DNA from: an uncultured Phycisphaerales bacterium
GTDB lineage: Bacteria > Planctomycetota > Phycisphaerae > Tepidisphaerales > Tepidisphaeraceae
NCBI GenBank assembly: GCA_963844715.1
Contig: CAWJPJ010000007.1
Location: 896,001-960,000 of the forward strand
Reading direction: 5' to 3'
DNA: 64,000 nucleotides
In this document: positions 29,410 through 44,400 of the stretch, piece after piece
Layout: every line of letters begins with the position of its first letter
Numbering within the stretch: position 1 is the stretch's first letter
Notes under the pieces: model-generated
What the model saw: only the letters and a program-made list of their open reading frames with translations
Told to the model about the DNA's origin: nothing
The model's database searches: none
Made by a program: the position numbers and the translations under genes

Positions 29410-32400
29410 ATGTCCATTGTTCGCGGTCTGGGTCTAGGCAAACGCGGTCGTCGTTTTCAGCATCATATTTCTAAAGCCGTTGTTGAGGCGCTGGAATCGA
29501 GGATTCTCCTCTCCTTCGTGGTCACCAATGCGAATGGGGACGACAGCGCGGGCTCCTTAAGATATGAGCTTGGTTTGGCTGTCGGCGCGGCTAATGCGAA
29601 TCATGCCGCCGAGATGGTGACTTTTCAAAGCAGCGTGACCGGCACGATCGACTTGGCGACAAATGGTGCGCTGTCCATTAACAACACCTCCGGCTCGGTG
29701 ACGGTTCAGGGGCCCGGTGACACGATTCTGTCAGTTTCTGCCGACGGGCACAGCAGTGTCTTCTCCGTCACGTCGTCGGCTACCGCCACGATTGAGTACC
29801 TTGGGATTACAGGAGGGGCGACAACCGAAGGGGCGGGAATTTTTAATAAGGGTCATCTGACGATCACGGATTGCGTAATTACCGGCAACAGTGCCAGTGA
29901 CGACGGCGGCGGTATATTTAACTACGGGACCCTCGCGCTCACGCACTACACGTTCATAAGCGAAAACGATGCCACGGACTATGGAGGCGCTATATGCAAC
30001 AAAGGTTCCGGGAACGTGACAATTGCCAGTTCGACTATATCTGGAAATAGTGGCGGAGCCGGAGGAGGAATATACACCGGCGCAGTCTTGAGCGTCACCA
30101 ATTCAACCATCAGCGACAATTCTGCCTCCAGCGGTGGGGGTGGGGTATACATTTATGGTACCGGCACCGCGAATATCTCCTCTGACAGCATCATCAGTGG
30201 AAATTCCACCACCAATGGCTCCGGGGGAGGCATCCGTAACCACGGCGGTGAGTTGACCATTACGGCGTCCACAATCACCGGCAATTCCGCCACCGAAAGC
30301 AGCGGCGGCGGCATCGAAAATGAGGGAATTCTGGCGGCAACCACCTGCTATTTCCACGACAATTCGGCCACATTCGATGGAGGCGGGATTGCAAACCAAG
30401 GGTCGTACGCCGATACCATCTCGGGGTGCACCATAAGCGGCAACTCAAGCCAAGGACGCGGCGGCGGAATTTATAACAATGACAGTGTAGTAGCCCTACA
30501 CGTCACCAACACGGTCCTGAGCGGGAATAGCGCGCAAACCGGCGGAGCCATCTACAACGAGGGCAGTTTTACAGTTCAGAACTCAACTATCAGCAACAAC
30601 ATCGCGCACGGTAACGGGGGCGGTTTGGCAAATGGCGTGTATGACAGTACGGCTGATTTGAACATCGATGAGTGTACCATCAGTGGCAACAGCAGTTCGG
30701 GGACCGGCGGCGGCGGCGGAATCATAAGCGGCGGCGAAGACTCCTCGCCGGATCTGGTCGTCGCCAACAGCACGATCACGGGTAACCGCTGCACCGGTGG
30801 CGGTGACAAAGGGGGTGGCATCGATGTTTACAACGGTTCCGCCAATATCACGTACTCGACAATCACCAGCAACGTTTGCGTCGTGGGTGACGGCGACGGA
30901 GGCGGAATAGCGAACTGGTACGGGAATGTGACCGTCGGCGAATGCACGATCAGCGGCAATCAGGGCGGCTTCGGCGGTGGGATAGCGGGTTATGGGGGGA
31001 CGCTTACCGTGACGGCTTCAACCTTGGCCGCCAATGATGCCCAGAAGGGCGGCGGCGCGGCCTTTAGCGGTGGGGGGAGCAACGTCATCACCAACAGTAC
31101 GCTCAGCGGCAATACCGCCAGTGGTCGCGGGGGCGGAATCTATAATTACTGCAACCTTAACCTTGTCGATTGCACGGTCAGCGGGAACTCCGCCGTTCAT
31201 GGGGGCGGCATCGAAGACCACTACGGGTCCACCGCTCTCTACGGAACGATCGTCGCCGAGAATACGTCCGATGATCTGGAGGGCGGGAATTTCAGCGGGT
31301 TGTACAGCCTCATCGGCGATGGCAGCGGCGCAATTTCCGGTTCGCACAACCTGACTGGCGAACCGAGCCTATCGGCTTTGGGGTATTACGGAGGTCCAAC
31401 CGAAACCATCGTGCCATTACCCATGACCGGCGGTAATCCGGCGATCGGCAACGGCGACCCCAGCGCCGGCCTATCAACGGACCAACGCGGATTTGCGCGG
31501 GACGCAACGACAGGATATGACATCGGCGCGTTTCAATCGCAGCCGAGTCCTATCGTAGTCAACACGCTGGGAGATGCGCTACCGGTCGGATTGGACCAAA
31601 TTTCTTTGCGCGATGCGATCAATCTCGCCGACGCGCTCGGAGGAGACCAAACGATTGCCTTCTCGGCGTCTCTCACCGCCGGCGGCCCGGCGTCGATCGA
31701 CCTGAACGGCACTGTGCTTAATCTTGACGACACTACGGGAACATTAACAATTGACGGACCCGGCGCAACTTTGCTGTCCATCAATGGCGTGCATCAAAGC
31801 GGTGACATCGACACCGGCGCACACACATCGGTCACAATCTCCAGTCTGACAATCACTGGCGCTTCCGACGGCGGCATCAACGCCGGCTATGATTCCAGCC
31901 TGACTGTCTCGGACTGCACAATCACCGGGAACTCCGGCGAATTCGGCGGCGGAATCTCAGCCGTTTACGCCTCTGTCTACGTATATGATTGCACCATTTC
32001 TTACAACACGGCCACCGCAAATGGCGGCGGAATCTGGGGCTGCCGACGGGGGCATTACCATCACCGCCTCCACAATCAGCGGAAATTCAGCGATTTCCGG
32101 CGGGGGGATTGGCTGCTACGACGGCGGCGTCACCGCAATCAATTCCACAATCGCCTACAACGTCGCAACCTATGCCGGCGGCGGCGTCTATATCAATACT
32201 GCCCCCTCTTGGGGAATCACCGATTGCACGATTAGCGGTAACACCGCGCCTTCGTCCAAGGGCGGCGGTATCTGTAGTACCGCCAGCCCCGGTTCCTATT
32301 TACTGGGGACGATTGTCGCCGGAAATTCCGGCGGGGACCTGGCAGGTACCTTCTACAACGCATGGTCCAACATCATCGGTGACGGCTCCGGTGGGCTATC

Positions 32401-35400
32401 GTATGGCGAAAACTACCTAGGCGTAAACCCTCTTCTATCACCGCTGGGAAACTTCGGCGGGCCGACTAAGACCATGGCCCTGCTTCCGGGAAGTCCCGCG
32501 TTGGACACGGGGGGATATTTCTACTATGCGGATGGCAATCCGATTGCATCTGATCAGCGCGGCATAGATCGGTGGCAGGATTACGGGCCCGACATCGGAG
32601 CTTACGAAAGCCAGGGCTTCGACATCACCATCACCGGCGGAAACAATCAAACTGCGCCTCTTAACGACCGGTTTTCGCAAAATCTATCCCTCAACGTTAC
32701 GGCAAACGATCCGGATTTAACTCAATCCGACCTCGCCGGCGGAATCGTTACATTTAGCGCCTCCATATTGGGGTCCGTTCGCTACATTCGGCCCGAGCGG
32801 ATCTACCGGTTATGCAACTCTGGATTCGTCCGGGCAGCGCAAGCATCTCTGCCACCGCAAACGGAACTGGGGGCGTCTATTCAGTCACCGCTTCCGTCGC
32901 GCCATACCCGTGGGAGCCCGCCGACTTTACTCTGGCAAATCTACTATCCGCCCCAACTGATCTAGTCGCGAATTCCGAAAATCAACTCGTATCATTGTAT
33001 TGGGATCCGACTCCGGGCGCAGGCTTCCTACAACGTATACCGATCGAATACCAGCGGCAGCGGCTATACACAGATCAACTCTGCGCCCGTGACCGGAACC
33101 AGTTACTACGACCCAAGTTTGACCAATGGGACGACCTATTACTACGTAGTGACGGCGTATAGCCAATCGGTCGAAAGCCCATATTCCTCGCAAGTCAGCG
33201 GCACTCCGGAGGTTCCGCCTGACCTAGTCGTAACTAGCCTCGCGGATGACGGATCCGCGGGTACGCTTCGCTATGAGACCCAACAAGCTGAATATCTTGC
33301 GGGTGATCAGACGATCGTATTCGCGCCGAGCCTGACCCAAGCCGGTCCGGCGACCCTCGTTTTGAACGGAACTACCCTGAGCATTGATGACCCGAGCGGA
33401 ACGCTGACCATCAACGGACCCAGTGCAAACCTGCTGTCGATAACCCAAGATTGGGGTTCTACTCTCGTTAATGACGCTGGCTCTACGGCGGTGATTCTTG
33501 GGCTCAATGTCACCGGCGTTTGTAACGACGGCAGTTTGACGGTCAGCGATTGCACTATGACCGGCAAAAGCACAAACGCGCTTGACAACTACGACGGCGG
33601 CATACTGAACGTCGACGACTGCACGATCAGCGGAAACAGCACTTGGGATGCGGGAGGAGGTATTTACAGCAACGGAACCCTTACGGTGTCAGACTCGACG
33701 ATCACCGGCAATAGCGTTGGGGGGTCCGGCGGCGGCATCTATGCCAAAGGCACGATCTCCATTGTCAACTCGACCATCACCGGCAATACCGCCGGGGAGT
33801 CCGGGGGCGGCATCTATGCCAATGGCACCATCATCGTGGTCAACTCAACCATCGGCGACAATTACGCCGGGATCAGCGGCGGGGGGATCTACTTAGCGAG
33901 CGGGACGACCGCCGATATCACGGATTGTACGATCAGCGGGAATTCCGCGGGCCTGTCCGCCGGTGGCGTCGATGGAGGCGGCCAACTCTACGGCTCGATC
34001 GTCGCCGGCAATACGAAAGGCGATCTTTACGGCACTTTCACCGGAACGAACAACCTGATTGGCGATGGCACCCGGGGCTTATCGTCGGCAACGAATATCC
34101 TGCCCACCGGTGCGACGCCACTCGATCCGCTCCTCGCTCCCTTGGGAGACTACGGCGGTACCACCGAAACAATGCCGCTCATGCCGGGCAGTCCGGCGAT
34201 CGGACACGGTGAATCCATCAGCGGAATTACCACCGATCAGCGTGGCGCGGTTAGGTCGAGTACCGCTCCCGACATCGGCGCTTTCGAAGGATCCGTATGG
34301 GTCGTCAATACTCTCAACGATCAGGTCGATTCCCTGAGTTCCTCGACCGTCTCCTTGCGCGACGCAATAGACCGCGCAAATTCATCCGATGGTCTTTTTG
34401 CGGTGATCATGTTTGCCTCTTCGCTCACAACGGGCGGCCCCGTAACAATCAATCTCACCGGCGGCATATTGCAAGTGGACAGCTCTGAATCGGTCGCCAT
34501 TGATGGATCGGGCGCGAATCTGCTCACAATTAACGCCGACGGCCACAGCGGAGTCTTTTCCGTCGACGCGGGCGTTTCCGCCCAGATTTCCGGCCTCACA
34601 ATTACGGGCGGCAGCGCCGCCACTGGCGCGGGGATTGACAACGCCGGGAATTTGACCATCTCCAGCTGCTCGATTACCGGCGATTCCGCCAGCGGCAACG
34701 GTGGGGGCATTTATAATTCCGCCGATCTGAACGTCTCCTACTGCACGATTAGCGGCGATTCCTCGGGCTCTGGTGACGGAGGCGGGGTGGATAATGTCGG
34801 CGGCGGCGCCGATATCGGCGAATCCGCCGTTTTCGATGATTCCGCCGCGGATGGTGATGGCGGCGGCCTGGCGAACTTCGCCGGCGGGACTCTATTTATC
34901 ACCAACACGACCGTCGCCGATGATTCCGCCGTCTCGGGCGGCGGGATCGAGAATGACCAGGGCGCCGTCAGTCTGATCGACTCGACGGTAAGCGGCGACA
35001 CCGCGACCGCCGGCAGCGGGGGAGGCATTGCCATCAACGACGCCACCGGCGCATCGCGCCTATCTTTGCGACGCAATCGTCGCCGCTAATACCAACGGCG
35101 ACTGTTATGGCACTGATTTCAGCGGAACTTTCAATCTAATCGGCATCGGCGGTTCGGGCGGTCTCGTCAACGGCGTCGGTAACAACATTGTCGGCGTTGC
35201 CACCGCCGATTTGCTTTTGGGGAGTCTTGGCAACTACGGCGGCCCAACTGACACCATTCCCCTCCTTCCCAACAGCCCCGCTTATCACAAGGGTGATCCG
35301 CTGGCTGGTATGACCGTCGATCAACGCGGGGAAGCTCGATCCGATCACCCGACGGACATCGGCGCGTTTGAAGGCATCCTGTATGTTGTCGACACCACCG

Positions 35401-38400
35401 AAGATAACCCCATCAATGATGGAACACTTTCCCTGCGCGACGCGATTAACGCCGCAAATGCAATCGCGGATAATGCCACGATCACATTCGATCCGACGGT
35501 ATTCACGCCGAACGCGACGCATACGATCGATTTGACCGACGGTGAGTTGGGCGTGGACTCCAACGATCTGATCACCATTGACGGACCTGGCGCAAATGTC
35601 CTAACGATCAATGCCCAGGGGCAGAGCCGTATTTTTTATCTTAGTTACGGAGGTTTTGACGTCGAAGGCGTAACCATCACCGGTGGCAACGCGTCGGTCG
35701 GCGGCGGGATATTCAACTCAAACGGCGATTTAACGGTTACCGACTCGACGATAACCGGCAATTCCGCCACGACTATCGGCGGCGGAATCTACAGCGGCAA
35801 AGATCTCGATGTCGTCGACAGTTCCATTAGTGCCAATTCCGCGTCCTACGGGGGCGGGATCGCCACCGCGCCCCATTATTTCGACTTCGACAGATCCGGC
35901 CGTGTCACAATTCAAGGCTCGACACTCACGGGCAACATCGCCTCCGAAAGTGGGGGCGCTCTTTACCTCGCCCAGGTCAGCTCAATTCAGAATTCCACGA
36001 TCTACGATAACGTCGCATCATCTGGCGGCGGTGGCGGCGTGTACGTCTACGGCGGGGTGAATTTCGACAGTACCGATTGCACAATCAGCGGAAATTCGGC
36101 ATCGACTGGCGCCGGTATCGATGGCGGCGGAACCCTCTACGGAACGCTCATCGCCGGAAATCCCGGCGGCGATTTGTCAGGCTCGTTTGCCGGCTTCGAT
36201 AACCTCGTCGGCGATGGCAGCGGAGGCCTGGCAAGCGACGCAAATATCTTGCCGACCGGGTCGATGCCGATCGATCCGCTCCTCGCTCCCATCGGCAACT
36301 ACGGTGGTCCCACCGATACAATGCCTCTTCTCCCTGGTAGCCCCGCCATCGATCAGGGCGTTGCGGCCGCGAACTTAGTCACCGATCAGCGCGGCGAAGA
36401 TCGATCATCCGCCTCCCCTGACATCGGGGCGTTCGCTGGAATTCTGTATCAGGTGAACACCCTCGCCGATCAGACTGATTCATCGGGTTCATCAACTGTC
36501 TCTCTCCGCGACGCCATCAATCGCGCCAATGCATCGGGCGACGATGCCACGATTACCTTTGATCCGACGCTATTCGCTTCCGGCTCATCCGCGACGATGA
36601 CACTCTCCGAGCCGCTGGAACTGAACAACGACTCCGGCACGGAGACCATCGTGGGGCCGGGCGCCGGAACGCTGGAGATCAGCGGCGGAAATACAAACCG
36701 AATCTTCACCATCGACGCCGGCTCGACCGTCGCAATATCCGGTCTCACCCTCGGCGGTGGACTCGCTACCGTCGTCGACGGACTAGCCACCGTGGGCGGT
36801 GCGATCGACAACGGCGGTTCCCTTACGGTGACGGATTCGGTGGTCAGTGGCAACACCGCCAGCGGGAATGGCGGCGGGATTTACAACAGCAGTACCGGCG
36901 CGCTCGATGTCATCGGAACCACGATCAACAATAATATTTCCGGTCAGGACGGGGGCGGGATTTCCAGTCAAGGCGCGGCTGGCATCTACGACTCCACCAT
37001 CGCAGGCAACTCGGCGGAAACCTACGGGGGCGGCGTCTTTGCCGACGGCGCACTTAGGGTTACCAACTCCACCCTTTACGGCAATTCCGCCCAGGAAAAG
37101 GGCGGCGGAATATATACGGGCGACCCCTCACAATTCACGATTACCGACAGCACCCTCAGCGCGAACACGTCCACAACGGGCGGCGGCATATTCGGCGGCG
37201 GAACCATTTCGGGCACGATTGTCGCGAACGACAGCGGCCACGATTTGGCAGGCGCGTTTCAGGGAACCTATGACTTAATCGGCGACGGCTCCGGCGGGTT
37301 ATCAGCGGGCTCCGGCAACATCCTTGGGACTACGGGGACTCCGATCAACCCGCTCTTAGAGCCATTGGCCAACAATGGCGGCCCCACTGAGACGATGGCG
37401 CTTTCGCCCGAAAGCCCGGCAATATCAGCAGGCGCGGTTTTCAATGGGCCTGATGGCGATCCGATCACCGCCGACGAGCGCTCAATTAGCCGGCCGCAAG
37501 TCATGACGCCGGATATTGGGGCTTACGAGACTTTCGACGGTACCGGTTTGGATGGTCAATATTTCACAACCACCAGTCTTATCGGTCTGAGTTTCACGCG
37601 CACGGACCCGACGGTTGATTTTAACTGGAGTAGCGCCTCCCCGGATTCTGCCATTCCGCAAACGTACTATTCGGTGCGGTGGACCGGACAGGTTCAAGCG
37701 CTCTTTACGCAAACCTACACGTTTTATATAAACGCGGATGACGGCGCGCGTCTGTGGGTTGATGGAAAAGAATTGGTCAATGATTGGACTGACGCTGATT
37801 TGACCACGGACACTGGCACGATTTCCCTCGTGGCGGGCCAAAAATATGACATCGAGATGGACTACTACCAACTCGCGGGCAATGCCTTAGCCCAATTGGC
37901 CTGGTCCAGTCCCGGCCAGGTGGAGGAGATAATACCCGAAGCGGCTCTTTATCCGGTTGATTTACCGCCGCCTCCGCCGGTGCCTGTTTCGGCACAGGGA
38001 GTGGGATCAAACGAAGTCGATCTTCAGTGGACCGATTACTCCGCTGGGCAGGCACAATACATCGTCGAGCGGTCGCAAGGCGCTGGCAACACCGATTACC
38101 AGCAAATCGCGCGTCCTTCCCGCGGGAACCACGACCTATTACGACATCGGTCTGACTCCGGGCGACACCTATAACTATGTGGTTTTGGCGAGCGATTCGG
38201 AGGGCAACTCGCTTGCCCCCCCGGTGCAGACCGTTGAATTGCCCGCGTTGCCGTCAGCGGATGTCGCGCCGTTGATTACTCCGGAAACCGACGACTCGAC
38301 TACGACCGGATCAGACTTGTGGGTCGGCATGCAGTTCACTACGGGGAACTATGCGTTAACGGTGACGGCACTGGGCCGCTACGTCATATCCGGGGACACA

Positions 38401-41400
38401 GACGTCGATGAAGTCTATCTGATCGACAATAATCCAGCCCCCGGCGTCACACCTGTATGGGTGGACGTCGACACATCAGAGGGGACGCCCGGGCAATTCG
38501 TCTACACGCAACTGCCTTCACCGGTTACCCTTCTTCCCAATCACGTTTATGACCTCGTTACTTATGATCCCGAGCATCATGACGCATACTATGAAAGCCA
38601 TTCGACCGCTACCGCAGGTGGTGACGTCACGCTCGACGGGGAGCTCTGGGGGTTTGACGAGGAGGGATTTCAGGGCGACGTTTCTACTCTTAACGGAGGA
38701 GAAACGTACGGTTTCGTCAATCTTGAATATTCCACTGCCATACCCGCCGCGCCGAGCGGGCTGACTGCAACTGCCGGTGTGGGCGGCGTTTACTTGACCT
38801 GGAACTCGGATGACACCACCAATGTGGGCGGGTTCGAAATCGAGCGAAAGGATGGGGCCAACGGCACCTACAACGTCATCACCCCGCCGATTTCCGATTC
38901 GAGCGCTACCTCCTATTTCGATGAGAACCTGACTCCCGGAACGGATTATTATTATCAAATTTGCGCAAGTGGACTTACGGCCGATTCCGGTTTTTCAAAT
39001 GTAGCGGACGCCGTCCCAACCGCCGCGCCGCTTCCATACAGCGATGATTTCGATCGCGCCGACAGCACGGGTCTCGGTGATGGGTGGTACCAGTTGCCCG
39101 ATGAGGCTCCCAACGACTGGAATATCTCAAACGATGAAGCGGTTTCGACCGGCGGTCCTGGCAACAACACGTTTTCAATCGTCAATGGACTCAGCGCGAC
39201 CGATGTGGAAGTCACCGCCACGTTGACGCCGGGCGGAGGCATCGCTACCGCCGCCGGGTTGACCGCCGCACATGACGAGTGAGGGAGGATATATCGCGGA
39301 CCTCAGCAATCAGTATGGCGGATACGGCGCTGAAATTTGGAAGATCGTAAATGGGCAAAAGACAACCATCGCTACAGGGGGTTTTTCCTATGTACCGGGG
39401 CCGCTGGCATTGGAGTTCCAAATTGTCGGCGATGAGTTGGGGTTCTATGTCAATGGCAATTTGATTGCTACCGGCGTCGATTCGACATTCACTGGACCGG
39501 GAACCGTCGGACTTTGGGCCAACGGCGGCAGCGAAACGATGCAGGACTTTTCCGCGCAGATATCAGAACCGCCCGCGCCGACATACTCGGGGTTACCTTT
39601 CAACGACGACTTCGGTCGTCCGGACAGTCTGTTCGTAGGAACCAACTGGACGGTCCAGCAGGGCCTGTTCGCCATTATCGACGACCATGCTGAAAACATC
39701 GCTAATTCCTATTCTATCATGATGGCCAACGGCCCTAGCCCCAGCGATGTAATTTTGAGCGGCGACGTCAACGTCAACGGCGGATGGCTATTCGGCGGGG
39801 ACGTTGCCGGGCTCATGGCGCGAATGAACGGCAACACCGGTTACATGGGTGAACTCTCTAACGAAAACGGCACGGTCTATGCCGTAATTCTCCGCGACGA
39901 CGATGGAACCTGGGTGACCCTGGATTCCCGGTCGGTCTCGTCAGGCAACGGTACCCTGCGTTTCGAGGTTCAAGGCTCCAGCCTTGACCTTTATTTGAAC
40001 GGCGCTCCGGTCGCGCAAGCCACCGACGGCACCTACACCGGCACGGGTCGATTGGATTCACGGGCGGGCCTCAACAATATGTTGTCACGCTCACCAACTT
40101 TTCCGCCATCGCTCCCGATCTCCTCACGGCCGCAAACGCTTCCCTCCCGTTCAGCGATAATTTCAACCGACCCGACAACAGCCAAATTTCACAGTATTGG
40201 ACCGTGGTCTCCGGCAACGCCGCGGTCGGCAATGAGTTGTTCGCGGGCAATGGCGAGCTCATGACTCTCGATCAGGGATCGAGCGAGGCCATCGTCAACG
40301 GCCTCTCCGCCTCAGACGTCGAAGTTACGGCCGACATCAATATGAATTTCGGCGGTTCGACGGTCGGGCTCGATGCCCGAGTGAACGGAGATACCGAATA
40401 CCGCGGAGAGATTATCTGGAGTTCTAGTTACGGCTACACCGCCGAAATCCTCAGCGAAATAGACGGAGTTTGGACGACTCTCGACGCGCGACTTTGGAAT
40501 TGGCCGATCGATGCAAATCTTCGTCCGACCGATCTCGGACTGGGAAATTTGAGATTCGAAGTCGACGGCTCGCAACTGGGGCTCTATCTGGGCAATCAAT
40601 TGGTCGCTGCCGCGATTGACGGCAGTATCACGGCGCCTGGAACCGTCGGAGTGTACGGGGATGGAACTGTGGCCGTGGATAATTTCACGGCCAGCGCATA
40701 TGTGCCGCCCACGCCGCTATACGCAATTCTCACCACCTCAAGCCCCTTCAACGACAATTTTGGTCGCGCGGACAACGCCATTTTCCTGGGCGATCCCGAC
40801 GACCAGGACTGGACCCAGCAGACCGGCGGCATGGCGATTCTCGATCAGCAGCTTGCCGCGATGGCAAGCGGTACTTCTATCGCCACGCTCACGGGGATCT
40901 CCGAGTCCGACGTTATCGTCATCGGCCAAGTCACTCTTTCGCCGAACACATACTCGAACCAGTCCATGGGCTTGGTCGCGCGGTACAGCGGCTCCGGCGA
41001 CAACGCGAGCTATTATCAGGGCGAGCTGACTAGTGATACGAGCGGCGATGTAGTCGCGCAAATTTGGGCAATCGTCAACGGTGTGGCTACGACCAGCATG
41101 CCATTGGCCAGTGCCACCGTCGCGGCGTCGTCGGGCGAGTTGCGTTTTGAGGTTATCGGGTCGCAACTGCAACTCTTCTTGAACGATGTGATGGTTGCCA
41201 GTGCGACCGATGCGACCATAACCGCCGCGGGGATGGTTGGGGCGGCCGGCTCGGGCGGAGTCCCGGTGGATTATCTCGGAAATCCATACGCAACCGTCTA
41301 CACACCACCCACATTGGGCGATTTCGAAGCTCAGCTGCCCCAAGCCGTCGCAAATTCCTGGCTTTCGCTGCCTACCCAGACCAGCGGCTTGTCCATAAAC

Positions 41401-44400
41401 TATTGGACCCCGGGGAGCTTTTTGAGCGACGTCCAATCCGGCGATTTCAACGGCGACGGCAAGAGCGACTTCGTGGGTCTCGATCCCGCGACCGGCAATC
41501 TAGTCGTCGGATTATCGAACGGCACGACGGGGTTCACCACCCAGGTTTGGGGAAGTCTGTCGACGTCGACGACCTGGTCGAACGTGGTGACCGGCGATTT
41601 TTCCGGAAATGGACTCACCGATGTCGCGGCCTATGATGCGGCCACCGGTCAATGGACCGTCGCGGCTTCCAGCGGGTCCTCGTTTACCACAAGCGTATGG
41701 GCCACGTGGAACCCCGAAGACAGTTATCAGGACGTACAAGTTGGCGATTTTAACGGCGACGGGCGCGTGGATCTTGCCGCCTGGGATGTCACCACAGGAA
41801 CCTGGCAAGTTGCCATTTCCAACGGAAGCTCTTTCACAACGTCAAGCTGGGGCGAAGGCACCGCCGGCGCAAATTGGCAGTTCGTTGTAGTCGGAGACGT
41901 CAACGGCGACGGCCGCTCCGATTTAGCGGCGCTGGACCCCACGACCGGGCATTGGCACGTCGAGCAGTCTACCGGCACGAGCTTTATCGATTCCGTTTGG
42001 TCTACCGCCAATTCTTCCGACTGGACCTCGGCCCAAGCCGGAGACTTTACCGGGAACGGCCTGACCGACCTCATCGGCACAGTCGCCGGCAATCCTGCCT
42101 GGCAGGTGGCGCTTTCGACGGGCACTGGCTTCACAATCTCAAGCTGGGGCGATCAGGCGGAAAATCTGACCAACGTGGTCGTGGCCGATTTTGACGGCGA
42201 CGGCAAGGCAGATCTCGCCGGCGAAGTCGCCGGCACCAATGACTGGCGCCAGGAAATCTCCACCGGCTCGGGTTTCACCGACGCCGATTGGTTCTATTCC
42301 TCTGCCGCCGTTCAGATTCTGGGCGCCATAGCCGGGAACACGCTCGGACTAACGCTCGCGGCTGCAAAGGATTTCGAAACGGTCTATAACACCATTCAAT
42401 ACCAGCCCTACGCCGGCGAAATGAAAGGGCCGCTGGCAACGGAAGAGAGCGGCGCAGGCAACGATTGGGATCAGGATGCCCTCCTTTCGCAACTGCTCAA
42501 CGAAGACGGCATCCAGACCAGGTACGTGTATGGCGTGGTCGAGGCACCTGCGACCGAAGTCGAAAACTGGCTGGCCGTAAAGGATGATACCGCCGCCGAG
42601 ACGGTTCTAAACGACGCCGGCTTAAACGCGACAATTGTTCTCGCCGATGGCTCCATCCCCGAACAAATCCAATTCGACCACGCCTGGATCGAGGCCTATC
42701 TGCCTGGTCCAAATGGGCTCTATTGGTATGCGATGGATCCCTCCTTCAAGCTCAATACGATTCAGCCGGGCATCGCCGGACTCGCCACCAACGAAGCGTC
42801 GGAATTCAATCAGCTCACGTATCTTTCCGCTGAAACGAGCGAATCGCCGATCGAGTCGTACGAAGACCAGATAGTCCAATACTTACAGGAACACGACGCA
42901 ACGCAGTCGATCGCCGAGGTTCCCTACAGCGGAACGAACATCGCCAAACAATTTGCGACGATTCCTCCCTCCCTGCCCTACACCGTCGTAAGCAGCCAAA
43001 CCCCGACGACTTCAATCCCCTGGTCGATGCAGGAACGAATCGTCATCAACGTTCAGGACGGCACGTGGGTCGGCGGCGGGTCGCTCTTCTTGCCCGACGT
43101 CGAATTTACCTACGAATTCTCTCTCCCGCAGGTATCGCTCGATACGATCATGCTCACCTATACGTCGATCGGCGGGGGGCTCTATTTGCCAGAGCTGCGC
43201 CTCAACGGTGTCACCGTCGCCTCAGGGCTCGAAGCCTGCGGCTTGTGGCCTCCATCATTTAACAACGGCATACAAATCGAGATCGATTCTTTTAATGCCG
43301 GTAACACAACCGATACGCAAGGCAACTACGCACCCGACGGTGCCCCCACGTATATCAACAGCCCGGGCGTTCCCGTCGCCATCGGCATCGATGTCGATCA
43401 GTTCTCCGAGGCTTCCCTCATCGCCTTGCAAGGCAAGGTCAACGCCGACAGCCTCGCCTACGAAACGGGCGAAACCACCGACCCCATGCCCGCCTTTTAC
43501 GACGGCATGTCCCTGGCGATGACGCAGTATCTCTATTCTGTCGATCAATCCGACCAAGTTATCGCCGGCCTGAATGGACTGATCGATATTCACAGCGGCG
43601 TCGGCACCGGCACGCTCGCCTCCGATCCCACCAACGGCCAAATCCAATATAACTGGGGCAACCCGGTCCCCATCGCCTCGGTCAACACCTCCTTCAACGT
43701 CGGCGGCGGCGGCCAGACCTTCGATCTCAATTATACGCCCGCCACCGGAAGCACCGCCCTCCACGACACCCTGCTGGAAACTTACGAACTCATGGCCTTG
43801 AACAACTCCGATTTCGAATCGCGCAGCCTTAGAAACCGTATTCAACGGCGTCGCCGTCTCGGCTGTCAATGGAATCCAATACGCCAACGCCAGCGGCAGC
43901 GACAACACCGTCATCACCATCGCCCCCGATGACGACGCAGCGGTGAATGGCCTGAATATTTCCTCGCAGGACAAGGGCTACATCCAGCAGTTCGTCGATG
44001 GCGGCGACACTGTCATCGTCCCTGAAAACATACTTAACATCGGCGACTTTTCCGGAGTCGTCTTCATTTACGAGAATATCGGCCCGGACACGTTCTCCGA
44101 AGGCGATGGCGTTTTGGGAGGGGATACGCCTACGCATGGGGCTTATCTGGTATCGATCGTGAATGCAATTATTCACGCGGTGGTTCCTGGTCAAACAAAC
44201 TCCGGTGACCCCGTCAATCTTGGGAGCGGCTCGTTCGTCCGAACGGAAACGGATATCTCCGTACCGAATGTCGGGCTGCCGTTGGATTTTGTCCGATACT
44301 ATGTCTCCGGAAGAACAGCAGACGATGGCTTTGGAGCGGGCTGGACTGATACGTACAGCGATACCATGGTCACTCAAATGGGCGGAGATGTCCTCTGGAC

